64,000 bases of DNA from Candidatus Latescibacterota bacterium (GTDB lineage Bacteria; Latescibacterota; UBA2968; UBA8231), in the NCBI GenBank assembly GCA_965221775.1, contig CBDCSU010000005.1:832001-896000 (forward strand), read 5' to 3'. A program made the translations under genes and the position numbers. Shown in pieces: positions 17,692-26,146 of the stretch. The stretch's first letter is position 1. The number at the start of each line of letters is the position of its first letter. Under the pieces are notes generated by a model. It saw nothing but the letters and a program-made list of their open reading frames with translations. It ran no database searches and was not told where the DNA came from.

Positions 17692-18099
17692 ATGTCGCAC
17701 ACCGAAGCTGAGAAACGCCTGGTACTTGCCAAGAAGCACCTGGAACGAGTTCTCGTTGCTTGGGATGACCCTACCGATTGGGCAGACCTTTCACTATATG
17801 GGTTCTATTGTCTGGAAGCCTCCATTGTCGCGGCAGCGTTGAAAGTGGGCGTGGAGCCCAGTAGATCTCACCCAGGGAAAGCCAAAGCGGCGCATTCTCT
17901 TCAATCTCACGGTCTGCCCGATGTTGCCGATTTGCTTTCCGATCTCAATATGGCTCGCAAGGCCGCCGCCTATGGTGATGTAGACTTTCCGGAGTTGGAT
18001 GCAGAGGACCTGGCTGCCAGAATTGAGGAGTATGTCGAAGCTGTTGCTACCTTACTTGCAGACGAGTCAGACGAGTCAGGCGAGTCAACTGATGCATGA
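17692..18099 (+). CDS. HEPN domain protein
   Basis: LAKKHL..FYCLEASIVAA..PSRSH..LNMARKAAAYGD helical HEPN pattern; lower GC than the flanks. Confidence 0.7.
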   Translation: MSHTEAEKRLVLAKKHLERVLVAWDDPTDWADLSLYGFYCLEASIVAAALKVGVEPSRSHPGKAKAAHSLQSHGLPDVADLLSDLNMARKAAAYGDVDFPELDAEDLAARIEEYVEAVATLLADESDESGESTDA

Positions 18100-18763
18100 T
18101 ACGCGCCAGGACCCATCTGACGTGCTCAGGACAATTGACAAATGGCCCAGTATGCCTGCCAAGGCGTGGGTTCAGAAATTCCTTCAGACGTGGTGTCAGA
18201 GACCTGACATCTGGGCAATTGTCATCCTCGGGTCCATAGCTCGCCGGCAGGCCAAGCACAGTTTCGATGTCGACTTGCTGGTCATTCACGAGAGCGAGAG
18301 ACCGGACTATGGCCTCCCACCTCTCGATGTCGATATTCGGTCCTATCGCCAAGAGGATATAGAAGGCCTTGTTCTGGAGGGACATGAACTTCTGTGTTGG
18401 ACAATCCGGTTTGGAAGAGTCTTGTATGAGAGAGACTCATACTGGAGGACCCTTTGCGACATCTGGCAGGATCGACTGCCCTTCCCGTCGGCCAGAGTAG
18501 CGGACCAACGTGCGGCAAGAGCGAAGCAGATTCTCAATGATCTCAGGGTGATTGGTGACGAAGATGCCGCCGAGGAGCAGTACATTACGATGTTGACCCA
18601 GATGGCCCGCGCATGTCTGATAAGGTCAGATGCCTATCCTGCGTCTCGCCCTGAATTGCCAGATCAGTTGAGATCGATCGGAGAACACGCGCTTGCCTCT
18701 CAATTGGAGAGGGCTTTGCAGACTCGCTACGCGGGGATCGAAGGGCAAGCCATCGAGGCTTGA
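18092..18763 (+). CDS. Minimal nucleotidyltransferase (MNT, Pol-beta family) with C-terminal helical extension
   Basis: ILGSIARRQAKHSFDVDLLVI = GS-X10-DXD; GRVLYER; overlaps the HEPN stop by 8 nt. Confidence 0.8.
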   Translation: MHDTRQDPSDVLRTIDKWPSMPAKAWVQKFLQTWCQRPDIWAIVILGSIARRQAKHSFDVDLLVIHESERPDYGLPPLDVDIRSYRQEDIEGLVLEGHELLCWTIRFGRVLYERDSYWRTLCDIWQDRLPFPSARVADQRAARAKQILNDLRVIGDEDAAEEQYITMLTQMARACLIRSDAYPASRPELPDQLRSIGEHALASQLERALQTRYAGIEGQAIEA

Positions 18764-19013
18764 GACCAGACGGCACCCCACCCACATCCGGTCCCCCTGT
18801 CGCACCCCCTCTGCTATGTGTAGCGCATCGGGGAGCGGATCACCTCCTCGTGCCACAACCCTCGGGACTGTCCTGTCCACGACGTGATGAAGGGGGTCTC
18901 CAACCTGCGTGCCCGGGGGCAGGAGCCCGCCTGGGGACCGGGGCGCCACGTAGAAACGATACCGGCCCGGCTGCTGCACAGCGAAGCGCAGGCCCAGACA
19001 GGCGCGATGGCTG

Positions 19014-19790
19014 CTACCAGCGCACCAGGCAGTCGTCGCTCAGCGGTTGGATGGGCCGGAAGTCGCGGTGGGCGATCCATTCCGGCCGCTTGAACCGGCG
19101 GATGTGGTTGTCGACGCGGCACAGGCTCAGATAGACGATCACCCGGCCCCAGGGGCTGATGTTCGGAGGGGAGGCGTGGACGATGTTGGAGTGGAACATC
19201 AGGACCGCGCCCGCCTTCCCCTTGGGCGCGGCGATGCCCCCTGCTTCCGCCAGCCGGGTCACCGTTTCCTGGTCGAGGGTCCACAACGGGTAGGAGGTGG
19301 TCAGGGTGTCGTGGCCGGCCTCGATCACGCCCTGCCTGTGGCTGCGGGGGATGATGTACAGGGGGCCGTTGAACTCGCTCACCTCGTCGAGGAAGAGGGC
19401 GATGTTCATCGCCTTGGGTTCCGGCATCCCGTCGTCCCGCGCCCAGGTTCCGTAGTCCTGGTGCCACTGCCAGAGATCGCCGCTGAAAGCCGCCTTGCCG
19501 TTGATCTTGTACTGGTGCATGTACACCGGCCCGTCGAGGAGCTGCATCACCGGCCCGATCAGGCGCGGATGGCTCCCGAGGCGGGCGAAGGCCTCGTTGT
19601 AGGTATGGGCTGCGAAGGCCGTGCGCACCGCGTCGGTATCCTTCTCGCGCCAGACTTCCTCCCGGTGCATGTCGAAGATCACCGGCAGTTGGCCCTTCAG
19701 CACGCCGACCTCTTCTTCGGTGAACAGATCGGGCAGGAACAGCCAGCCTTCGGTCTCGAACTGGCGCAGTTGATCTTCCTTCAGTCTCAT
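19014..19790 (-). CDS. Phytanoyl-CoA dioxygenase family Fe(II)/2-oxoglutarate hydroxylase (ectoine/proline hydroxylase-like)
   Basis: QYKINGK..WQWHQDYGTW, NGPLYIIPRSH, MFHSNIVHASPPN..R. Confidence 0.88.
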   Translation of the reverse strand: MRLKEDQLRQFETEGWLFLPDLFTEEEVGVLKGQLPVIFDMHREEVWREKDTDAVRTAFAAHTYNEAFARLGSHPRLIGPVMQLLDGPVYMHQYKINGKAAFSGDLWQWHQDYGTWARDDGMPEPKAMNIALFLDEVSEFNGPLYIIPRSHRQGVIEAGHDTLTTSYPLWTLDQETVTRLAEAGGIAAPKGKAGAVLMFHSNIVHASPPNISPWGRVIVYLSLCRVDNHIRRFKRPEWIAHRDFRPIQPLSDDCLVRW

Positions 19791-19791
19791 C

Positions 19792-21198
19792 TCACTCCCC
19801 CAGGATTCCCGGCCCGTACGCCCCCAGCCGCAGAATCGGGTAGTGCGAGTTGAGCAGCGTCTCGTCCCCCGTGTCCCGCACGACCTGCCACGCGTAGCGC
19901 ATGAGGGACCGGACCACCTCCTCGTGCCCGTCCACGTCGATCAGGTTGGTCATCTCGTAAGGGTCGTCGTCGAGGTTGTAGAGCTCGTCGAAGTCGAAGC
20001 CGTTCCAGCAGAGCTTCCAGGGGCCGTCCCAGACGATGCGCTGGCTGACGCGGTAGCGGCTGCCGTGGTACTCGGCGAAGCCGCGGGTGAAGTCGCCGGC
20101 CCCTCCGCCGGGGTCCTGCAGGGCGCCGGCGAAGGAGCGTGAGTCCGGCGCGCCGATCGTCTCCAGGCCGGCCAGCTCCAGCAGGGTGGGGCACAGGTCG
20201 TGTAGGCCGACTCGCGCCTGGCTGGTGACGCCCCGCCGCGCCCCCGGACCCGCCACCACCATGGGGATCGAGTAGACCTCCTCGAAGCCGGTGAAGTTCT
20301 TGCAGTAGAGGCCGTGGGAGCCGAGCAGCTCGCCGTGGTCGCTGGTGAGGACGACGATCGTGTCGTGGAGCTGTCCCGAGGACTCGAGGTAGTCGAGGAG
20401 GCGCCCGTACTGGGTGTCGATCTCGGTGATCGAGGCGTAGTAGCAGGCGGCGGCCTCTCTCTTCTGGCGTTCGTCCATGTCCCGCCAGGTGACACCGGCC
20501 TTGCGGTAGAGGCCCGGCTGACCGCTGAGGTCGTTGCCGACGTTGGGCTGCAGAGGCAGGCTGTCCACGTCGTATTGCGCAAAGGCCTCCTGGCCGGTGA
20601 CGAAGGGGTCGTGGGGCTCGGTGATGCTGACGAAGCAGCACCAGGGCGCGTCTCCGTTGGCCGCGTCCTCGAGGAAGCCGAGTCCCAAGCCGGTGGTGAG
20701 GCCCACGCCGCGCCGCTCCGGGGGCGCGTCGGTCACGCCGTAAAGAAGCGTCTTCCGGTAACCCTCGGGGTCCTCGTCCCACTTCTGCAGGGAGAAGCGG
20801 CCGTCCTGCTTGCCGGCCGCCTGCGGTGTGCCGGCCACCTGCCAGCCGAAGCGCGCCAGGTCACCGGAGCGCTCCACGTGCCACTTGCCGAAGTAGCCGG
20901 TGCGGTACCCGGCCCGCTCCAGCCGCTGCGCCCAGTGGGGAAACTCGGTGCGCAGGCACGACTGGTCGTCGTCCACCGTGTGGGTCACCTCGAGGACGCC
21001 GTGGGAGTGGGGCAGGAGCCCGGTCATCAGGCTGGCCCGCGCGGGCGAGCAGACCGCGTTGGGGGTGTACGCCCTGGGCAGGCGCACCCCCCTGGCGGCG
21101 AGGCGGTCGAAGTTCGGCGTCCGGCAGGGGTGGTCCGGGTCGAGGACCCGCCCCTGCATCTGGTCCGTCATCAGGAACAGGATGTTGGGCTGTTTCAC
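19792..21198 (-). CDS. Sulfatase (formylglycine type)
   Basis: PNILFLMTDQ, CSPARASLMTG (CxPxR), GYFGKWH, PHDP, TSDHG, ELYNLDDDPYEMTNL. Confidence 0.93.
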   Translation of the reverse strand: MKQPNILFLMTDQMQGRVLDPDHPCRTPNFDRLAARGVRLPRAYTPNAVCSPARASLMTGLLPHSHGVLEVTHTVDDDQSCLRTEFPHWAQRLERAGYRTGYFGKWHVERSGDLARFGWQVAGTPQAAGKQDGRFSLQKWDEDPEGYRKTLLYGVTDAPPERRGVGLTTGLGLGFLEDAANGDAPWCCFVSITEPHDPFVTGQEAFAQYDVDSLPLQPNVGNDLSGQPGLYRKAGVTWRDMDERQKREAAACYYASITEIDTQYGRLLDYLESSGQLHDTIVVLTSDHGELLGSHGLYCKNFTGFEEVYSIPMVVAGPGARRGVTSQARVGLHDLCPTLLELAGLETIGAPDSRSFAGALQDPGGGAGDFTRGFAEYHGSRYRVSQRIVWDGPWKLCWNGFDFDELYNLDDDPYEMTNLIDVDGHEEVVRSLMRYAWQVVRDTGDETLLNSHYPILRLGAYGPGILGE

Positions 21199-21288
21199 CG
21201 GCGGACCCTGTCCCGGGAGAGGCCCGTCACCTGGAGCCAGATTCGCGGCAAGGACGCCCCGCGCCGGAGGTTGAGTCGGCCGGGCTCC

Positions 21289-22356
21289 TCACGCGGGTGC
21301 CGCCCCCCACGCCTCCCTCAGCCGGCGGATCCAGTTGCCGTGCATGATGCCGGCGATGTCATCCGCCGAGTAGCCCCGTTCCTCCAGTATGGCGGGGATG
21401 CGCTGCAGGTCGGCGATCGTCTCCATGTCGGCGGGGGCCTGCTCCTTGCCGTAGCCGCCGTCGAGGTCGGTGCCGATGGCGGCGTGGCGGGCGCTGCCCG
21501 CCAGTTGGCAGATGTGGTCGATGTGGTCGGCCACCGTGGACAGGGTGATGCCGGTGTTGTCGGCCGCCTCGTGGTCCCACAGGGGCGAGAGCATCCAGTC
21601 GTCGAAGGCGATGCCGATGACGCCGCCGCGCTCCACCAGCGCCCCGATCTGGCGGTCGTCGAGCTGGCGGTCGTGGTCGCACAGGGCGCGGCAGCAGTTG
21701 TGGGTGGCGATGACAGGCCCGCCGAAGACCTCCAGGGCCTCCCAGAAGGCCTGCTCCGCCAGGTGGCTCACGTCGAGGACCATGCCGGCCTGGTGCAGCG
21801 CCCTGAGCATGGGCGCCCCTCTCGGGGTGAGGCCGCCAGGGGCCTGGGTGCCGTGGGAGTAGGCGCTGACGCCGTAGTGGCAGAGGCTGACGACGCGCAG
21901 GCCCTCGTCCCACCACTCCCCCACCTGGTCCTCGTCGACGATGCCGTCGGCCCCCTCCATGGCGAGCACGTACCCGAGGGTGGCCGAGGCCGGGTCCCGC
22001 TCCCATTCCCCCAGGTGGGCGTCGAGGCCGGCGGTGTCGCGGATCTGCCGCAGCACGCCCTTCGCCTCCATCAGGCGGTAGTAGGCGACCTCGCCATGGC
22101 ACTTGGCGTAGGCGATCTCCTGGGTGCGCACGCCGGAGAACCTCTTGCCCACCGAGGCCAGGCGGCAGTGGCAGGTGGCCATGAAGAGACCGATTCGGCC
22201 GCGGCGCAGCTCGTCGAAGCTGATCAGGTTGGCGCCTCGCCCCTTGCCGCCCATCCCGGCTTCGGATGCGCGGATCGCCGCGATCGGCTGCAGCAGGTCG
22301 CGGTCCCACTCCAGGGCGTTGAAGGCGATATCGAGGTGTGAATCGACGATCAGCAT
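21289..22356 (-). CDS. Membrane (renal-type) dipeptidase, peptidase M19 (paralog 1)
   Basis: IVDSHLD, MEGAD, LDVSH, ATHN, DHIDHI, IGTDLDGG, GNW. Confidence 0.9.
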   Translation of the reverse strand: MLIVDSHLDIAFNALEWDRDLLQPIAAIRASEAGMGGKGRGANLISFDELRRGRIGLFMATCHCRLASVGKRFSGVRTQEIAYAKCHGEVAYYRLMEAKGVLRQIRDTAGLDAHLGEWERDPASATLGYVLAMEGADGIVDEDQVGEWWDEGLRVVSLCHYGVSAYSHGTQAPGGLTPRGAPMLRALHQAGMVLDVSHLAEQAFWEALEVFGGPVIATHNCCRALCDHDRQLDDRQIGALVERGGVIGIAFDDWMLSPLWDHEAADNTGITLSTVADHIDHICQLAGSARHAAIGTDLDGGYGKEQAPADMETIADLQRIPAILEERGYSADDIAGIMHGNWIRRLREAWGAAPA

Positions 22357-22393
22357 GGGGCTTGGGCTCCGGAAGAGAGGGAAGGTGCTGGAC

Positions 22394-23413
22394 CTAGTGC
22401 GCCTCCACCCCGTGGGCGGCGGCCTCCACCAGGCGCAGGGCATAGGCCAGACCGATGCCCACGACCAGGGCCAGGATGAGCTTGCCGCGGTCGTGGCTGT
22501 GGAAGTGGATCTCGGGCAGCAGGTCGCTCAGGGCGATGCACAGGAAGGCGCCCGCGGCGAAGGCGAGCACGCAGCCCACGGTGGCCGCGGCGCCGAAGGG
22601 ATCGAGCCAGCCCACGCCGATGAAGCAGATCACCGCCACCAGGGGGCAGAGGAGGGCGAACCCGGTGTTGGCCGCCGCCAGGGCGCGCCGGCCGTACCCG
22701 GCGGACTTCATCATGCCGATGATGGAGAACGCGTCCAGAGGCTTGTGCAGCAGGATGGCGAGGAACACTCCCAGGCCCGCCAGGGCCTCGCCGCCCGGCA
22801 TCGCCCCGAGGCGGACGCTGGTGCCCAGGGCGACCCCCTCGGTGACGGTGTGCACCCCCAGGCCGAAGCCGATGCCGATCAGGCGCCGCCGGGGCATGAC
22901 CGAATCGCCGTCGGGCTCGTCGTGGCCGTGGTGGTGGTGGTGGTGGTAGTCGCTGGCCTCGGCGCTGAAGTCGTGCTGGTGGAACTGGAAGACGCGCAGC
23001 AGGAAGACCATGAGGACCATGCCGGCCATGGTCCAGCCCACGGCCTTGTTCACCGCGCCGGGACCGGGGATGTACTCCAGGCTGTGAGGCAGGAGATGGT
23101 AGATGGCGATGCCGAGGATGAAGCCGGCCACCAGGCTCATCAGCACCTGGGTGCGCACGTGGGTCATCGTGCCTCGGGCCGACACCCTGCCGCCGGCGAT
23201 GGCGGCGAGGAGGATGGCAGCCGAGTAGCCCACCAGGACCAGCAGGGACTCGAACTCGGCCCGCTCCGCCGGGGTGAGGCTCACCCTCTTCCCGGGCTCG
23301 CCGTGACTCTCCGCGTCGGCGCGGAGGACCCCACACGGTGCGAGCGCCAGGAGAGCCGTCAGCGAGACGCTGAGGAAGATCGGGAGGCGAAGGGGGGATC
23401 TCGTCGAAGTCAC
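22394..23413 (-). CDS. ZIP family divalent metal transporter
   Basis: HLLPHS, His-rich loop HHHHHHGH, HTVTEGVALG, ILLHKPLD, SDLLPE; true start may be downstream. Confidence 0.88.
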   Translation of the reverse strand: MTSTRSPLRLPIFLSVSLTALLALAPCGVLRADAESHGEPGKRVSLTPAERAEFESLLVLVGYSAAILLAAIAGGRVSARGTMTHVRTQVLMSLVAGFILGIAIYHLLPHSLEYIPGPGAVNKAVGWTMAGMVLMVFLLRVFQFHQHDFSAEASDYHHHHHHGHDEPDGDSVMPRRRLIGIGFGLGVHTVTEGVALGTSVRLGAMPGGEALAGLGVFLAILLHKPLDAFSIIGMMKSAGYGRRALAAANTGFALLCPLVAVICFIGVGWLDPFGAAATVGCVLAFAAGAFLCIALSDLLPEIHFHSHDRGKLILALVVGIGLAYALRLVEAAAHGVEAH

Positions 23414-23565
23414 AATCGCTTGTGCCAGAGGGCCGAGCCGCCACCTGCCTTGCCCTGCAAGCGGTGGGGCCGGTGGTCCCGGCCTTCTTGGACAACCCGG
23501 GCCCGTGGGGTTCTATTAGGAGCCGAGCGCCAAAGATAGCACCGTCACGCCGGGCAGGAGACCCC

Positions 23566-25023
23566 ATGCGCATCGCCACCGGCTCCTTCACCCACGAGTC
23601 GAGCACCTTCACCACCGTCGAGACCACCCGCGACAGCTTCCACACCCAGCGCTTCGGCTATCTGCGGGGCCACGAGGTCCTCGAACGCTTCGACGGCACC
23701 AACTCCGCCGTGGGCGGCTTCCTCGCCGGCTGCCGGGAGCACGGCTACGAGCTGATCCCCACCATCTACGCCGGGGCCCCGCCCAGCGCCCCGGTGCCGC
23801 GCGCCGTCTTCGACGAGATCCTCGGCGACATGCTCGCGCGCATCGAGGCGGCCGGGCCCCTGGACGGCGTCCTCCTCGACCTCCACGGCGCCATGGTGGC
23901 CGAGGGCATCGACGACGGCGAGGGGCACATCCTGGCCGCCGTCCGCCGGCTGGTGGGGCAGATCCCCGTCATCGCCCAGTTCGACATCCATTCCAACGTC
24001 TCGCCGGCCATGGTCGAGTCCGGCGACGTGCTCATCGGCCACGAGACCTACCCGGAGATCGACCAGGAGGATCGGGGCCGCGAGTGCGCCGAGGTCATGC
24101 ACCGCGTCCTCGAGCACGGCCTGCGGCCGCGGATGGCCCTGAGCCGGATCCCCCTGATGTGGGGCATGAACCAGGTCACCGCCCACCCGCCGATGCGCCA
24201 GCTCATCGAGTACCTCCACCGCATCGAGGCCCGGCCCGGCGTGATCTGCGGCTCCGTCGCCACCTGCTTCCCCTTGGCCGACATCCCCCACATGGGCGCC
24301 TCGGTCTACGTGGCCGCCGACGGCGACGCCGAGCTGGCCCAGTCCTGCGCCGACGAGCTGGCCGCCTGGATCTGGGAGCGCCGCGCCGACTGGCAGACCC
24401 CCATGCCGTCCACCGCCGAGGCGCTGCGGGAGGCCGCCGGGGGGCCCCTGCCCCTGATCCTGGCGGACCGCAACGACAACACCGGCGGCGGCGCCCCCGG
24501 GGACAGCACCGGCATGCTGCGGACCTTCCTGGAGCAGAAGCTCGACCAGGCCTGCATCCTCTACATCGTCGACCCCGAGGCCGTCGACCTCTGCCAGCGC
24601 GCCGGAGTGGGGGCCCGCCTGAGCCTGGAGGTGGGCGGCAAGTCGACCCCGCTCCAGGGGCAGCCCGTGACCATGGACGCCGAGGTCGTCGCCCTCGGCG
24701 ACGGGAGCTTCCGTTACGAAGGGCCGCGCAACCGGGGGCTGGCCGGCACCATGGGGCCGTCGGCCCACATCCGCCAGGAGGGCGTCCACGTGCTGCTGGT
24801 GACCCGCCGGGAGCAGCCCTACGGCATCGCCTTCTCCCTGACCATGGGGCTGGACCCGCGCAAGATGCGCTACGTGGGGGTCAAGTCGGCGGCCCACTTC
24901 CGCGCCGGCTTCGAGCCCTGGGCCGGCCGGATCCAGGTCGTCTCCGAGCCCTGCGTGCACAGCGCCGAGGGGCTCACCTACCGCAACCTCGGCCGCAAGG
25001 TCTATCCCCTCGACGACATCTGA
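23566..25023 (+). CDS. M81 family metallopeptidase (MlrC-like)
   Basis: MRIATGSFTHESSTF, LDLHGAM, DGEG, DIHSN, DNTGGGAPGD, VKSAAHFRAGF. Confidence 0.9.
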   Translation: MRIATGSFTHESSTFTTVETTRDSFHTQRFGYLRGHEVLERFDGTNSAVGGFLAGCREHGYELIPTIYAGAPPSAPVPRAVFDEILGDMLARIEAAGPLDGVLLDLHGAMVAEGIDDGEGHILAAVRRLVGQIPVIAQFDIHSNVSPAMVESGDVLIGHETYPEIDQEDRGRECAEVMHRVLEHGLRPRMALSRIPLMWGMNQVTAHPPMRQLIEYLHRIEARPGVICGSVATCFPLADIPHMGASVYVAADGDAELAQSCADELAAWIWERRADWQTPMPSTAEALREAAGGPLPLILADRNDNTGGGAPGDSTGMLRTFLEQKLDQACILYIVDPEAVDLCQRAGVGARLSLEVGGKSTPLQGQPVTMDAEVVALGDGSFRYEGPRNRGLAGTMGPSAHIRQEGVHVLLVTRREQPYGIAFSLTMGLDPRKMRYVGVKSAAHFRAGFEPWAGRIQVVSEPCVHSAEGLTYRNLGRKVYPLDDI

Positions 25024-25033
25024 AGGCACCCCC

Positions 25034-26146
25034 ATGGCCCCACGGCTCATCTTCGACGGCGACTACCCCATGGCCATCGGCGCCCTGGACATGGACCGCG
25101 ACCTGACCCGCCCCATCGAGGAGGTGCGCGCCGCCGAGCCCCGGCAGCGCGGCAACCGCCGCTGGCCCGACGGCGAGACCATGGCCAGCCTGCCCGAGAT
25201 GCGCCGCGGGCGAATCGCCGCGGCCCTGGTCAAGGCCGTGGGCCGGGTGCAGCGCTCGGAGATCATCTGGGGATACCGCAGCCCCGAGAACGCCTGCGCC
25301 GCGGCCCTCGGCCAGATCGCCTACTACCGCCTCCTCGAGCAGCGGGGCGAGGCCCGCATCCTGCGCACCGCCGCCGACCTGCGGGCCCACACCGCCGAGT
25401 GGCAGGCCGCGGCCGGCGAGGGCCTGCCCGTGGGCCTCGTCCTCGGCCTGGAGGGGGCCGACCCCGTGCTGTGGCCCGGCCACCTCGAGGACTGGTGGAA
25501 CCAGGGCCTGCGGGTGATCAGCCTCTCCCACTACGGCCCCAGCGCCTACTGCCACGGCACCGGCACCGGCACCGAGAAGGGCCTGCTGCCCCCGGCGTGT
25601 GAGCTGCTGGAGGCGATGGACCGGCTCGGCTTCGTCCTCGACCTGACCCACGCCTCCGACGCCTCGGTGCGCCAGGCCCTGGAGCTCTTCCCCGGCCCCA
25701 TCGTCGCCACCCACCAGAACTGCCGCGCCCTGGTCCCGGGGGAGCGGCAGTTCCCCGACGACCAGCTGCGGACGATCATCGATCGGGGCGGCGTCATCGG
25801 CGTCTCCATGGACACCTGGATGCTCTACAGGCCCGGCGTCGACTGGGCGGACATCCCGCCCCGCCGCGAGGTCTTCGAGCGCCGCGAGGTCACCCTCCAG
25901 GACCTGGCCGACCACATCGACCACATCTGCCAGCTCGCCGGGAACGCCGGCCACGCCGGCATCGGCGGCGACACCGACGGCCAGGGAGGCCGCGAGGGCG
26001 CCCCCTGGGAGATCGACACGGTGGCCGACTACCAGAAGGTGGGCGAGGTCCTGGAGGGGCGGGGCTACGGCGAGGAGGAGATCTCCGGCGTCCTGTACGG
26101 CAACTGGCAGCGGTTCTTCGAGACCCACCTGCCCGACTCCTGCTGA
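25034..26146 (+). CDS. Peptidase M19-like dipeptidase (paralog 2, altered first metal motif)
   Basis: LEGADP, LDLTH, ATHQN, DHIDHI, GGDTDG, GNW; N-terminal motif reads DGDYP instead of DxHxD. Confidence 0.85.
   Translation: MAPRLIFDGDYPMAIGALDMDRDLTRPIEEVRAAEPRQRGNRRWPDGETMASLPEMRRGRIAAALVKAVGRVQRSEIIWGYRSPENACAAALGQIAYYRLLEQRGEARILRTAADLRAHTAEWQAAAGEGLPVGLVLGLEGADPVLWPGHLEDWWNQGLRVISLSHYGPSAYCHGTGTGTEKGLLPPACELLEAMDRLGFVLDLTHASDASVRQALELFPGPIVATHQNCRALVPGERQFPDDQLRTIIDRGGVIGVSMDTWMLYRPGVDWADIPPRREVFERREVTLQDLADHIDHICQLAGNAGHAGIGGDTDGQGGREGAPWEIDTVADYQKVGEVLEGRGYGEEEISGVLYGNWQRFFETHLPDSC

Noticed and set aside
17279-17732. ORFs 17279..17605 (+), 17361..17732 (-) and the 17563 start of the HEPN ORF
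   Set aside because: They overlap the tmRNA; the HEPN protein more plausibly starts at 17692
18837-18848. GGATCACCTCCT, identical to the 16S rRNA 3' end (a perfect SD on the minus strand)
   Set aside because: No rRNA sequence around it, and the downstream ATG gives only MRYT*; likely chance or part of a decayed gene fragment
17640-19010. Possible attL/attR pair and integrase for a tmRNA-integrated island
   Set aside because: No duplicate of the tmRNA 3' end beyond a 7-nt accagac match near 18765, and no recombinase in the window
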